DNA of 64,000 nt from NCBI RefSeq assembly GCF_963921235.1, contig NC_086123.1:18228001-18292000 (forward strand), in the 5' to 3' direction. Positions within the stretch are counted from its first letter, which is position 1. Each line of letters starts with the position of its first letter. Position numbers and translations under genes: made by a program. The DNA is from Mobula hypostoma (taxonomy: Eukaryota). The notes beneath the pieces are model-generated. The model was given only the letters and a program-made list of their open reading frames with translations. It did no database searches and was not told where the DNA came from. Below, piece by piece: positions 52,283 to 64,000 of this stretch.

Positions 52283-52406
52283 CAAACAGAAAGTCTGCTG
52301 GAAATCCAAGCAACATACACAAAATGCTGGAGCAACTCAGCAGGCCGGGCAGCATCTATGGAAAAAAGTACAGTCAACGTTTCTGGCCGAGACCCTTCGG
52401 CAGGAC
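52283..52406 (-). mobile_element. Solo Penelope pLTR with mutated hammerhead core (CTGCCGA)
   Basis: Matches the pLTR at 19415; absent at the paralogous site (about 9060). Confidence 0.8.
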
Positions 52407-53212
52407 TTTCAAGATCAAATAAATTTCTGTTTTTTGACATTCCTGGATGGGTCTCAACAGGTAAGCAAAATTACTTTAATATTGGTAAATCAGAGTGGAT
52501 TTTATAATATCCTGGTAACTTCAGTGACACCCATAACACATAGGAGAAGAATTAGTCCATTCAGCCCATCGACTCTGTTCTACCATTCCATCACGGTAGC
52601 TTTACTATCGCTCTGAACCCACTCTCATGCCTTCTGGCCAGGAGTTAGCAATCAAGAACCTATCAACCTCTGCTTTAAATATACCCAATGACTTGTCCTC
52701 CACAACCACCTCTGGCAGTGAATTCCACAGACTGACCATCTTCTTGTAAAAGAAATCCCTCCATATCTCCGTTCTAAATACTGATCATCTTTAATTAATG
52801 ATGACCATCCTTCTTCAGTACTGATAATCTTTCTTCATTCCAGATTTCAATTTAATTTACGGAAAATAAACTCCCCAGTTTTGAACCGACGCTTCACTTC
52901 CTCTCTCCAGTTCACCAGAAAAGGCTTTTCTTTGGCACCATTCCAGCAACCGCTTACAACACTTTGCTACTGACTGAAAGTCTACAGGTAGCATTGAACT
53001 TGGTTGAATAATATTACTGCAGATTCCTCTGGACAGTCAGTCAACCTGAGAATGGCCTACTATAACGGGCAGAAGCTAGCTACAAATGAGACACAGAGGC
53101 TGAAATCATCTGAGGAAGTAATTGCTTATATGGAAAGAGAAAATCTTAATATATCCATAAACCCGTTCCTTCAAAACAGGGGTTCCCAACCTGGGATTCA
53201 CGGAACCCTTAC

Positions 53213-53740
53213 TGTTTTCTTAACAAAACTATAGAAGTTTATTTACATCACATATGCACAAGGTACAGACAGTCAATATTTACAAGACAGTAAGTATACT
53301 CAAATTTAAAAATGGTTAGTACCGTCTATAAGACAATCAATACCTCGTGGGGGGGGGCAACAGCTCACGGATGTCCCCACAATGTGCCCGTCGCAACCGC
53401 GTGCTCCCTCTCCAGGTACAGTCGGGCACGAACGTTTCCTCAGAAAAGGGGCAGGCAGTCGGCCCGGGCAGCGCCCGCCCTCCACTTTCCTCCGCCATGC
53501 CTGTGAATGGCCATCTTGGCCAGACCCAGGACAAAGACCGCCAGCAGATCCTCCTCACGCCCCCGCGCCCTCCCGACACCCACCCTAATTGAATCGGGAC
53601 CAGAACCCCCCAGCAGCCAGAAGCACCCAGCCTGGATGAGGCCAGACCCCGTCCCCTCCATAGTTCCCGGTAAAAACGGCGTAGTTCCCTCAGAGCAGCA
53701 CGTCATCCGGAATCCGCGTGCCCTCCTGGCAAAATAAAAT
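53213..53740 (-). mobile_element. Tx1-like 3' fragment with an internal deletion (paralog of 213-1160)
   Basis: Reads EEDLLAVFVLGLAKMAIH..ADCLPLF; about 0.4 kb shorter than the A1 copy. Confidence 0.75.
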
Positions 53741-53971
53741 GGGGAACTCATGCTTTAAAGACAGGGTTTCTTCATAAACAACCTCTGAAATAAACTTACT
53801 TTATGTAGATAACATGCAATAACTTCTCTACATATAAAAGGAAGTGTATTTCAGAACTTGTTACTTAAAATCAACTTATCTCGCACCAACATTTTCAGAA
53901 TTGATCAATTTTTGCGTCCGGTCGCATTCATCAGCTTTACTTTGATCACTCAACAATAAAGAGCATCTTGT

Positions 53972-54997
53972 TCACGCGGACCAGGAACATTGGATGGCTG
54001 CTGATGAGCTCGTTTGCTGATCCACAGTCTGCTCTTCTGTAGATGTTCCTTGTTCAGTGGCTGATCTGCGACAGCTTAAATTAAGAGGAAGCAGAGCTTT
54101 CTCCAAACCATCTTTAAACTGCGAAGTAGAAAAATAGTAAATAATGGGATCGACCACACTGTTCAGATACGTTATAAACAACGTATTGTAAAAGATATTC
54201 GCTGCTATGTGATACGACTTGCTGTCAATTGACCTTCTCAGTTTAGTCACCAAAACCGCGACCACAGCAACACTGCTGGGCAAGAAAAAAATGACAAAAA
54301 CCGCAGCCACGGCTATCACAAGTTTCACAGTTCGCTTATATTTCGCCCGCATTCCAGCTTCCATCTGCCGTAACCTCCAGATGATGGAGGACGTAGAGAA
54401 CAGGATAACTGAAACTGGCAAAAGAAACTGAAAAAATATAAAAATAAAGCCAGTCCAAAGTGCTGTGGGACGTAGATCCTTCGTTATGCTGAAAGGCTCA
54501 CAGTTTGTCACGTTGTGTTGTTCGAAGTCAAGTTCGTCTATCAGCAAGTGCAAGCAAATAGCCACCGCTACAATCCACAGACCGCCTGCTATCATCACCG
54601 CACACCTTGTAGAGATCCTGTTTACCTTGTGGAGTGGATGGACCACCTTAAAGTAACGATCGATCGCTATAACCATGAGGAAAAAGACGCTTCCAGTTCG
54701 GTTCAGGGAAATCATGAAAACGTTCAGTCGACACAGTCCATCACCAAAACTCCAGTCCTTCCCTCGGATAAAATAAACAGCTCGTAAAGGTAGACAGCAC
54801 AGTAACAGAGTGTCTGCAATCATGAGATTCAGTGAATATATAATACTTGGTTTCCGCGACTTCACATGAACACAAAAGATCCACAAAGCAATCGTATTTC
54901 CAGCAAGCCCGAGGATTAATATGATGATAATTACGGGCGGGTTGTAGGATGAGTTAACATCTTCAGCAGGAACACATTGCGGGGTCGAGTTCGCCAT
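53972..54997 (-). CDS. HCAR-like GPCR, copy A3, 341 aa with altered extreme C-terminus
   Basis: Intact 7TM ORF that ends AAIQCSWSA instead of AIRSIPVRVN. Confidence 0.92.
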   Translation of the reverse strand: MANSTPQCVPAEDVNSSYNPPVIIIILILGLAGNTIALWIFCVHVKSRKPSIIYSLNLMIADTLLLCCLPLRAVYFIRGKDWSFGDGLCRLNVFMISLNRTGSVFFLMVIAIDRYFKVVHPLHKVNRISTRCAVMIAGGLWIVAVAICLHLLIDELDFEQHNVTNCEPFSITKDLRPTALWTGFIFIFFQFLLPVSVILFSTSSIIWRLRQMEAGMRAKYKRTVKLVIAVAAVFVIFFLPSSVAVVAVLVTKLRRSIDSKSYHIAANIFYNTLFITYLNSVVDPIIYYFSTSQFKDGLEKALLPLNLSCRRSATEQGTSTEEQTVDQQTSSSAAIQCSWSA

Positions 54998-55512
54998 TGT
55001 GCGAAAAAGTCAAGTTGTGTCCAGGGAAAGCAAACTCGATCAGAGACGAACAATCTGTAAAGTTGATCTTCGAACGAGTTTGTTCCCCTGTGGGTGGAGT
55101 ATATGGGCGGAGTGAAATAGTCAGAGAACCAATAAATTGTGCGATCGAATCATCAATTCCGGAAAACTAGAAGCATCAGCGTTTAAATTAAGCAGCAAAC
55201 AATGAAATATATTTAGCTTTCATTGCCAGTTTATGCTTCAGTATGTAGGTCTTTCATTTTTTTTTTGGATTTCAACAGTTCTTGATTATCTTTTGAGATG
55301 GAGACGACTCCCTCAACATCATCTGGTACCAGTGAAGGTGCTGTATTTAAACAAATCTTCTTTATTTTAAGGATTTGTAATATTGAAGTGCATCTACTTC
55401 CTCTGGTTTGGGGAAGTGATTCAGCTTGAGTGACATGGCTACTGAACAGAATGGTTTCACAATATCTGAGTGGATCAATATCTATCCTGGTGTGCAATGG
55501 GGATGCTGAGAG

Positions 55513-56627
55513 TGTCACAGATTGGGGCGTAGGTGCAGGCTCAAATGCAAGACACAGACACTGAAGTACTAGGAACAGGACTGGGATGCAGGACCTGGGC
55601 TCAGACATGGACAAGAAACAGGGAACCCAGACAAAGAACCATGAATTAGGAGCCTGGGCTTGGACTCACAGCCAGAGACTGGACAAGGACCCAGAACCTG
55701 GGTCTTGCCTCACGCTCGGACCCCAGAACTAGGCAAGGACATGACATAGCTACAGGACAGGACGTGACTGCGGTCTTCAGGCTTGAGGCTAGGGTCTTGA
55801 GTCTTGAGGCTGCAGGCTGGGAGCTGGGGTCTTGGAATGCGGAGGCTGATAACTTGGAGGCTGGAGCTCGGAGACAGACTGGGAACTGAACATCAACAGA
55901 GCACAAGGACTTATCCTTCGAAAAGCCAGGACTCATCTTTATCTCCACACCAAGGTGGGACAGGTCCATCCGTCAGGTAACGGCAGAATGGCCAGACTTA
56001 CCCAAGAGAGGCAAAGACAAGACAGGTCCCCCTGCAGGGCAATGGGAGAATGGCATGACTTCCCCACGGAGGTGAGGACAAGACAAGACAGAGCCACCCC
56101 CCACCCACAGGGCAACAGCAGAACGGCCTGACTTACCCCACGGAGGTGAGGACAAGAAGAGACAAACACCGAAGAATGACAGACAGTTCCATCTCCGCAT
56201 CGGGGTTGCTCCGAATGGCAGTTACGGTCAGCAACCTCGGCTGGCTACGGAAACAGCCGGATCCCTACCTAGCTCGGAGTGACTGACGGCCACTCAGCTG
56301 GCCCGGGAAATGGCCAAATCCATACACAAAGACAGCTCTGACTACTGACAGCAAGGCTCCACGAGGCGATGGTTCACCAGCGCAGCCTAAAGATGTCAAG
56401 TGGCCGATCCAGCCTTCCACCGGCAGGTTGCTCCCAGGGAATCTTGACAAGACAAACCAGCAGCTCACACTCAACCCCAAGGCCACTTATATTCCAATCC
56501 CCAAGATGGGAATCAGGTGCTTATGATTAACCCAACCAAAACAAAGGACAGCTGGAATAACCGGAGTCCTGAGTCCATGGAATGGACCGTGAACCGGAAT
56601 GCGAACGTCACGGACAGGACCATGATA
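55513..56627. mobile_element. About 1.1-kb solo-LTR-like element, 5-bp TSD GAGAG
   Basis: TGTCAC...CATGATA termini, with GAGAG at 55508-55512 and 56628-56632. The site is empty in A2 and A2'. Confidence 0.75.
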
Positions 56628-58644
56628 GAGAGACATTATGGGTCAGGAAAGAGGAAACAATCAAAGCAGCAGAGGGCTTCATAGGTATCACAGGTGTCTG
56701 TGAACCATTAGCCTGCAGGGAGGTGGTAGAAACTGTAAGTTATGAAACTGACACTGGAGGGTAAATAAGAGTCTTCTGGGCAAATACAGCAGGGATTCCT
56801 AAGGGAGATTAAAGCCTGATACTCAGTGGTGGGTCGTGTTCCCATTGGAAATACGAGAAAGTGTCCAGGAGCTGATGTTCAGGACAGAGTAATATGCACA
56901 AGCACTCTCACACTGTCCTTGTCAGCAGACTTGACGAGTCATTCCAGGAGTCATTCTTATTGAAGAGAGTCTTGCAAATGCAAGTTCAGTAGAGGGAGCA
57001 AATTGAAATATTTAGTTCTGAGTTGGCAGAGAGTGATGAATGGATCAGGAGAAGGAAAGGGCTTTCAAGAGTGACCAGGATTTGTAAAGGATTCTGGAAA
57101 TGGGGATCGTAAGTGTTGAGTACACCTGATCATGGGGACTCTAGCTTTTTAACCTCTTCTCAAGTAGGTCTGGAATCAAGCATCACTCAAGTCACACATG
57201 GGAAAAGCAGGACCTGGGGATCGACTGTTGCTGAATATATCTCCAGCAGTGTGAATGCTGAGAATGTTACTGTACGAGCTGAGTGGAGGGAGAGTGTGAC
57301 GGAGAGGGATAAGCAGCAACACAGGCTCTTCCAAGTCATCCAACAGGCAGAAGCTTGGATCTACTTTGGCTGTGAGGTTATCGATACACTCGAAACAGTA
57401 CACCAGAAATGAATGCAGGACCAGGCCATAGAGATCCCTGAACTTCACCCAGAATTCACTCAGATCATCACCTCAACACTTGCTACACATTGGCACAAAT
57501 GGCAGAACCTCTGCCTCACTGCACCAGAACTCTGGGTTCAACAAATAACCCTGGATTCCTTTGGGTCTGGAGTTTGCACAATCACCCTGGACTACATGGG
57601 CTTCTTCTGGGTGCTTCAGTACCCCTGCCACCTTGCAAACAAATGCATCTCAGTAGATGAATGTCCTGCTGTATATCACTACAAATATTAGGCCATTGGG
57701 GCATAAGATATAGGTGCACAATTAGGGTATTTGGCCCATTGACTTTGCTTTCATCGTCGCTGACACATTTCCCGTCTCAGCCCCAACCTCCTGTCTTCTC
57801 CACCTGTCCCTTGTTGACTAATTAAGAATCTATAAACCTCTGCCTTAAATATACCCAATACCCTGGCTTCCACAGCGACCTGTGGCATCGAATTACACAG
57901 AGTCACCACACTCTGGCTAAAGAAATTCCTCCTGATTTCCATTCTAAAAGGACATCCCTGTATTATAAGGCTGTATCCTCTGGTCTTAGACACCTGAACT
58001 ATAGCAAACATCTTCTCCACATCCTCTCTTGGTAGGTGGTAGAGTGTGGGAGAAACCAAGGAATATGTGGGGAGAAATTTTAAAATATTGGATTAATTTA
58101 GTATTTGGGTTAATTTAGTATTTGGGTAAATGGATGCTTGACAGTCACCAGAAACATAAAGGCGTAACTTGTTAATTTCTCCCCGTGACTTATAGAATTA
58201 AAGATATCTGTATTCAAACCCAGAAGTTTTAAGTTGCTAGTTGCCATAAACCACACGGAATATGCAGCTTGTCACGCACATGGAACAGTGGAAAGCCTCA
58301 CTCTCAATTACTCAGCTTCATTCACGACAGCTCATTAACCATATTAGGAACAATTCCTCATACCATTCCTTCACTCAGATTGACTCAATCCCTTCCCACC
58401 AAGGAAACATGGTGCTAATCTAAAAGAAAGATGAGTTACTCAGAGAGCAAGTGTGCCCTTACGTTCTCATCAAAGCCACCAATTTTGGGATTTGGGCAAA
58501 AGTCCATAACAGCCACTGCGAGTGGAAGGATACTGCCGGTATAGTATCTGCCGACCAGAATGCCCAGGAACCTGTTTTCAACCTGGATAAAGACGTGTGA
58601 TGACAGATTCCAAACGGTCTCCCGGAGTATTAGAGCAGGCCTGG

Positions 58645-60055
58645 AGTACAGGACACAGGCACGGAGACAGATTAAACAGAAATGTATTTATTGCTAGCTA
58701 CTAAGAAGGCCAGGGAGTGAGGATAAAAAGCCAACAAGGACATGAATGTTGGATAACAAACTAGTAAAACATGGACTTGGACCGGCTCAGACACGGAGCC
58801 CAGACTTTGACTCGGAATCAGACACAAAGCCTGGACTTGGACTTGGACTTGGAACCTGGACTTGGACTTCAGCTCGGACATGGAGCCTGGACTTGGACTC
58901 AGACACAAAGCCTGGACGTGGACTTGGACTCGGAACTGGACTCAGACATGGAACCGGGACTCAGACTTGGACTCGGTCAAGGAGCCGGCACTCAGACTTG
59001 GACTTGGACACAGAACCTGGACTTAGACCCTGAACTTGAACTTGGGCTCGGACACAGAGCCTGGACATGGACTTGGACTCGGACTCGGACACAGAGCCAG
59101 GACTTGAATTTGGACTTCGACCTGGGACCTGGAACCTGGACCTGGGCTTGGACTCGGAGCCAGGACTTAGACTTCGACTTCGACTTCAAAACTGAACTTG
59201 GGCTCGGACACAGAGCCAGGACTTAGACTTTGACCAGGGCTTGGGCTTCGACTCGGAACCTGGACATGGACTTGGACTCTGGACTTGAACTTGGGCTCGG
59301 ACACAGAGCCTGGCCTTAGACTTGGATGTGGATAGGACTCGGAATGACAAAACAATGACAGTCCATTCGGGTAGCGGCAAACGGTCTGCCTACTGAGCTG
59401 GATACGAGATGAAAAAACAACGACAGTCCATTCCAGTAGCAGCAAACGGTCTGCCTACTGAGCTGGATACGAGATGAAAAAACAACGACAGTACATTCCA
59501 GTAGCAGCAAACAGCCTGCCTGCTGAGCTGGATACGAGATGAAAAAATGACAGTCCATTCGAGTAGCACCAAACGGCTTGACTACTGAACTGGATACGAG
59601 ATGACTAAACAACAACAGGCCATTTGAGTAGTGGCAAACGGATACCTACTCAGCCGGATACGAGACGACGAAATCCAAACCACAACAGTCCATTCGAATC
59701 TCGGCTCGGTGAAGTGGCCACCCGCCAGCAAATCTCAGCTGGCCATGGAAACGGCAGAATTCCTACCTTTGGCTCGGAGTGGCGTCAAGTGGCCAGCAAC
59801 TCAGCTGGACACGAAAACGACCGAATCCACGAAGCAAACCCAGGCACCGGAGCCACTTAGAGTCCACAATGAACGGGGACCCGAATTGGGTACAACTGCA
59901 CTTGCTCAAGTGATGGTCCAGCACCGAGTAGCTGTTAGCTGGAGTTTTTACGCTGCCGGCACGGATGGTAAACAGGTGGCTTAATCAAGACACCCAATGG
60001 ACCACGGGGAAAAGGAAATAACTGGAATGAGGAGTCAACGGACTGGACCGTGACA
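58645..60055. mobile_element. Solo-LTR-like minisatellite element, left end deleted (paralog of 5301-6662)
   Basis: Ends GTGACA-GCCAG and holds about 5.5 copies of the 65-bp repeat at about 59346-59700. Confidence 0.7.
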
Positions 60056-61179
60056 GCCAGGACTGCCAGTGCCCATGCTGAGATATACAATATGAACTCC
60101 TGCCTTTGAGTCCCAAACCTCCAGACAATCCTTCATTGCCATCAGCAATTCTACTTCACGGAAGACCTTTGGCTTTCCTCCAGTCATGGTGCCATCGCTG
60201 GGGACATGACTGCCTCACTCAACAAATGCAAGGTGCCATCTGACTGTGGGAACCCCTGGCCTACAGCTGTTCAAAGTAGAGAAGGAGCATTTGGAATGGA
60301 ACTGAGAAGTTCATGCCCATACTTCAGAAATACTACAAAGAGCTGCGTAATTAGTAGGTGGAGCAGACCACCTCACCTACACCCACCCGACACCCTGTCA
60401 GGAAGCAACTGTTCATCTGTGGAGGACCATAAAACCATCGTAAGGTATTGGATCAGAATTAGGCTATTGGGACCATCGAGTCTGATCCTCTATTTAATTA
60501 TGCCTCAGTTTCTGTCTTCAACTCCAGTCTCCAAACTTCACCCTACAACCTTTAAACCTCTTCACGATCAAGAACCTATAAATCATTGTCTTAAATACAC
60601 GCAATGATTTGGCCTCCTCCGCCCTATAAGACAATGAATTCCACAGATTCCCCGCACTCTGCCTGTGGAAATTGCTCATCTCACTTCCAAAGAGACCTCC
60701 CTTTATTTTGAGGCTGTGCCCTTGGATCCTTGGATCTTGGGACCTTGGATCATTGGATCCTCCCCTACTAATAGAAACATCCGTGACTAATTACATCAGA
60801 ATGGGGACAAACTATCTATAAGGAACGGATAGGAGTGGATAATGTTCCTTATCTGAAGAGGTGGACATATTGCAAACCTGTTGTATATTTAATATTCTGT
60901 AATATTTGAGTAATATTGTATATATATTTTTTTGTTTGATTCTTCTGATAATTAACATTAATTTCTATGTAAATTACGTTAATTGCCTACGTCATCGCAT
61001 GATAAGGGTGCGCCTCATTCGAAGTGAAAGAACAACATTAAGAGTCGCATCTTACAGCTCTTACACCCATCTGACCAATTAACCTCCTAATCCAAACGTG
61101 TTTGGAATGCGGCAGGAAAGCCGAGCACCAGGAGGAACCCATGAGGTCAAACATAGAATGTACATACTCCTTACAGCCA

Positions 61180-62007
61180 GCAGGTAGAAACAAATCAGCA
61201 AGTAGAGAACAATGGTGTTTCCACAATTCACAGAGCCCCACCCGTCATCATTCTGTACATCCTGTTGCATAACAGACTGCTTGCGCCATCTTAAAACTGT
61301 GATAGTTAAGTTCGTTAGAATGATGACGCTGTCAATCAAGTTTTTAAAAAGTCATAAATATCTGGAGGGGTCAATGAACATTACAAAATATCCAGTGCTT
61401 CTCAGTTACAAAGTCATCACCCTGCAATGGGACATGACAGCACATGAACAATGTCCACAAATACCAGATTCACAATGTCTACAATTCATGTATAAACAAT
61501 ACTGTATCTGAATTCCATGATTTCATCTCCAGCTGTATAGAGAGGGTAAATGCAAGCAGGCTTTTTCCACTGGGGCTCGGTGGGATGGCAACTAGAGGTC
61601 ATGGGTTAAGGGTTAAAGGAGAAAGGTTTAAGGGGAACATGAGGGGAATCTTGATTACCCAGAGGATAGTGAGAGTGCGGAACGAGCTTCCAGCACAGTA
61701 GTGCATGTGAATTCGATGTCAATGTGTTAACAGAAGTTTGCAGCCGTACATGGATGGTAGGCGTTTGGAAGGCTATGGTCCCGGTGGAGGTCATTGAGAG
61801 TAGGCAGCTTAAATGGTTTGGGATGGACTAGAGAGGCCCAAAGGCCTGTTTCTGTGCTGTACTCTATGATTTTACATGAAAATAAAATACCCACAAAGTA
61901 GTTATATTTCTGACTAGTCATAGGATGATTGTTATCATAACTACTGGTGGGCTGTGAGCAGGGTTGTTGACCTCACTAGAGACACATCGATGGGCTGATT
62001 TATCCAT
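61180..62007 (-). pseudogene. Ancient HCAR-like pseudogene (N-terminus to TM4), split by a CR1 3' fragment
   Basis: Collinear with 37830-38631; ATG at 62007. Confidence 0.82.
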
Positions 62008-63559
62008 TGTCCGAAGAAAACTAATTCAAAGATTATCATGTTTGCATACAGCAAAATTCAGAGCACCATAATTCGGAGTTCAAAATTTACTAACATTGCT
62101 GCTAGAAAGCATAAGATTTAATGCGATGAAATACAAACGGCATTGTTAATCACAATTTGATAAGTCATAACATATTTCGATTTGATATTAAGTACTTAAA
62201 CCATTTCTATGGTCCTATCAAAACTATAAAACTTCCTTTGGGATTCAGAGTTCACTCCATATTCTGCTGAAATGCAAATTCTCTAACTAAGTAAAAATTG
62301 TCCAATTGGAAGCTCATCCTATCCCAGCTCCCGTCACAAACTAGTAAATTGTTCCAGCAGGTGCCCCGAATGAGATTAGCAAAATATTAATCAAATCCAC
62401 CTCATTGGTTACACAGAATTGCTGTTGCATACACTTCACTCACAGAGTACAGAGACACAACAAGACTCCCAGTGTAGATTTTCTGTTTCCACAACGATCT
62501 GCTGAGTGAAGGTTAGAAGTGATTTCTACTCTCCTTCATGCAGCTTGGACATGACTTATCATGGTTGTTGGAGGGGAGGCAGCAATAGTTCCTCGGGCCA
62601 CGCTCCATCATGGTGTTTGTAATGTAGTGAGGCAGTTCAGTCTATATTAAAGTCATTCACTGCTGCACTGCTGCCCTACTCATAGCAATAAATTCCTAGC
62701 TTACATATGCATGCACGCACTTCAGTCACAAACGTGTATGTGAGCACGTACACAGACACAAAACCATGCATCACAAAGTTCTTAAACATTCTAGTTACCA
62801 CAGTACAACTGTCTGCACGTGTGTCATTGTGCATGTGTGTGCAGATACGTGTTTAGGTTCATGCAGGTCAGTGTGAAATACTAGGACAAAAGACAGAAGA
62901 AATATTTTGATTAGATCCCATGGAAAAAACTTACCATCTCCGTATCATTTATGTCCTTGGTTGTAAAGACATTCTTCAGAAGGTATGTTCAGTGTTTATT
63001 TCATTCGATACTGCCCTCTAATGTCAGAGTTCTTTGCTGCAAACAATGACTCACACAAGTCTTTTATTTCCAAAAAATTAAAGATCAAATAATTTGCTAT
63101 ATAACCCATTGGAGTAGAATTGGCCCATTCAGCCCATCGAGTCTATTCCATCATTCCATCACGGTTGCTTTATTATTGCTCTCAACACCATTCTCCTGCC
63201 TACTCCCCGTAACCTTACTAATCAACAATCTATCAAACTCCGCTTTAATTATACTTGGCTCAATAACCATCTCTGGCAAAGAATTCCACAGATTCTCCAG
63301 CCTGTGGTTAAAGAAATTCCTCTATATCTATGTTCTAAATGCTGACCATCCTTCTTCATTACAGATTTCAATTTTATTTCCCGAAAATAAATTCCCCAAT
63401 TTTGAACCGGAGCTCACCTCCTGTCTCCAGTTCCAGTTCACTAGGAGAGGCTTTTCTTTTCCAATTCAGTACCTAGTTCCAGTACTGTCACGATATGGGT
63501 ACATGCAGCTTGGCACCAGCACAGCGGCCCCTTGCATCACTTTCCTCCTGACTGAAAGT

Positions 63560-64000
63560 CCAGAGGTAGGGTTCTTCTTGGATGAATAGATTACTGCTGA
63601 TTCTGATGGACAGTCCAGCAACCTTCTACCACTATAACGAGTAGAAGCTAGCTACAAAAGAGACACGGAGGCTGAATTCATCTGTGGAAGCGGTTGCTTA
63701 TATGGAAAGAGGATATCTTAAATACCCATACACAACACAGAACACTTTCCTTTAAACCAGGGTTTCCAACATGTGGTTCACCACCCTTCATTTAATTGTA
63801 AGGCCCCATGGCATACAAAAGATTGGGAAAACTGCTTGAAAGTAAAGTTTCTTAAGAATAAGCTCTGAAATGAACTTAGTTTTGTAGAGATAAGACACAA
63901 TTTCTTCTCTGCATAAAGGGAAGTGTATTACGGAACTTGTTCGTTAAGATCGACTTATCCCTCACAAAAATATTACCATTTGATCACTTTCTCCTTTCGG
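63560..64000 (-). other. 3' flank of a further, more diverged receptor unit lying beyond the window
   Basis: Homologous to 1-210 plus 1170-1340. TAAAGGGAAGTGTATT..GAACTTGTT lies about 130 nt from the stop codon in the other copies. Confidence 0.7.

Overview
Vertebrate genomic DNA, most likely a cartilaginous fish (inferred from the mix of Penelope, CR1, L1/Tx1, Rex1 and RTE repeats). The whole window is a tandem array of single-exon, minus-strand class A GPCR genes of the hydroxycarboxylic-acid-receptor group (HCAR/GPR109-like; OXER1/GPR31 are the nearest alternatives). It holds four intact genes (1386-2417, 24408-25439, 30924-31955, 53972-54997) and two pseudogenes broken by the same L1 insertion (about 13.9-19.0 kb and 40.9-46.9 kb). 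Six much older, heavily decayed paralog remnants are missed by the ORF track, and the 3' flank of a further copy sits at the right edge. Units alternate A (intact) and B (L1-disrupted) as a higher-order repeat of roughly 23-24 kb, plus one apparently exact 6,516-bp tandem duplication. Spacers carry nested retroelements whose target-site duplications can be checked against empty paralogous sites. These include Penelope-like elements with minimal hammerhead ribozymes, two of them inverted insertions just downstream of B-type genes, and solo-LTR-like elements with minisatellites. All alignments, counts and coordinates were done by eye; repeat-family names come from motif recognition, not database searches.
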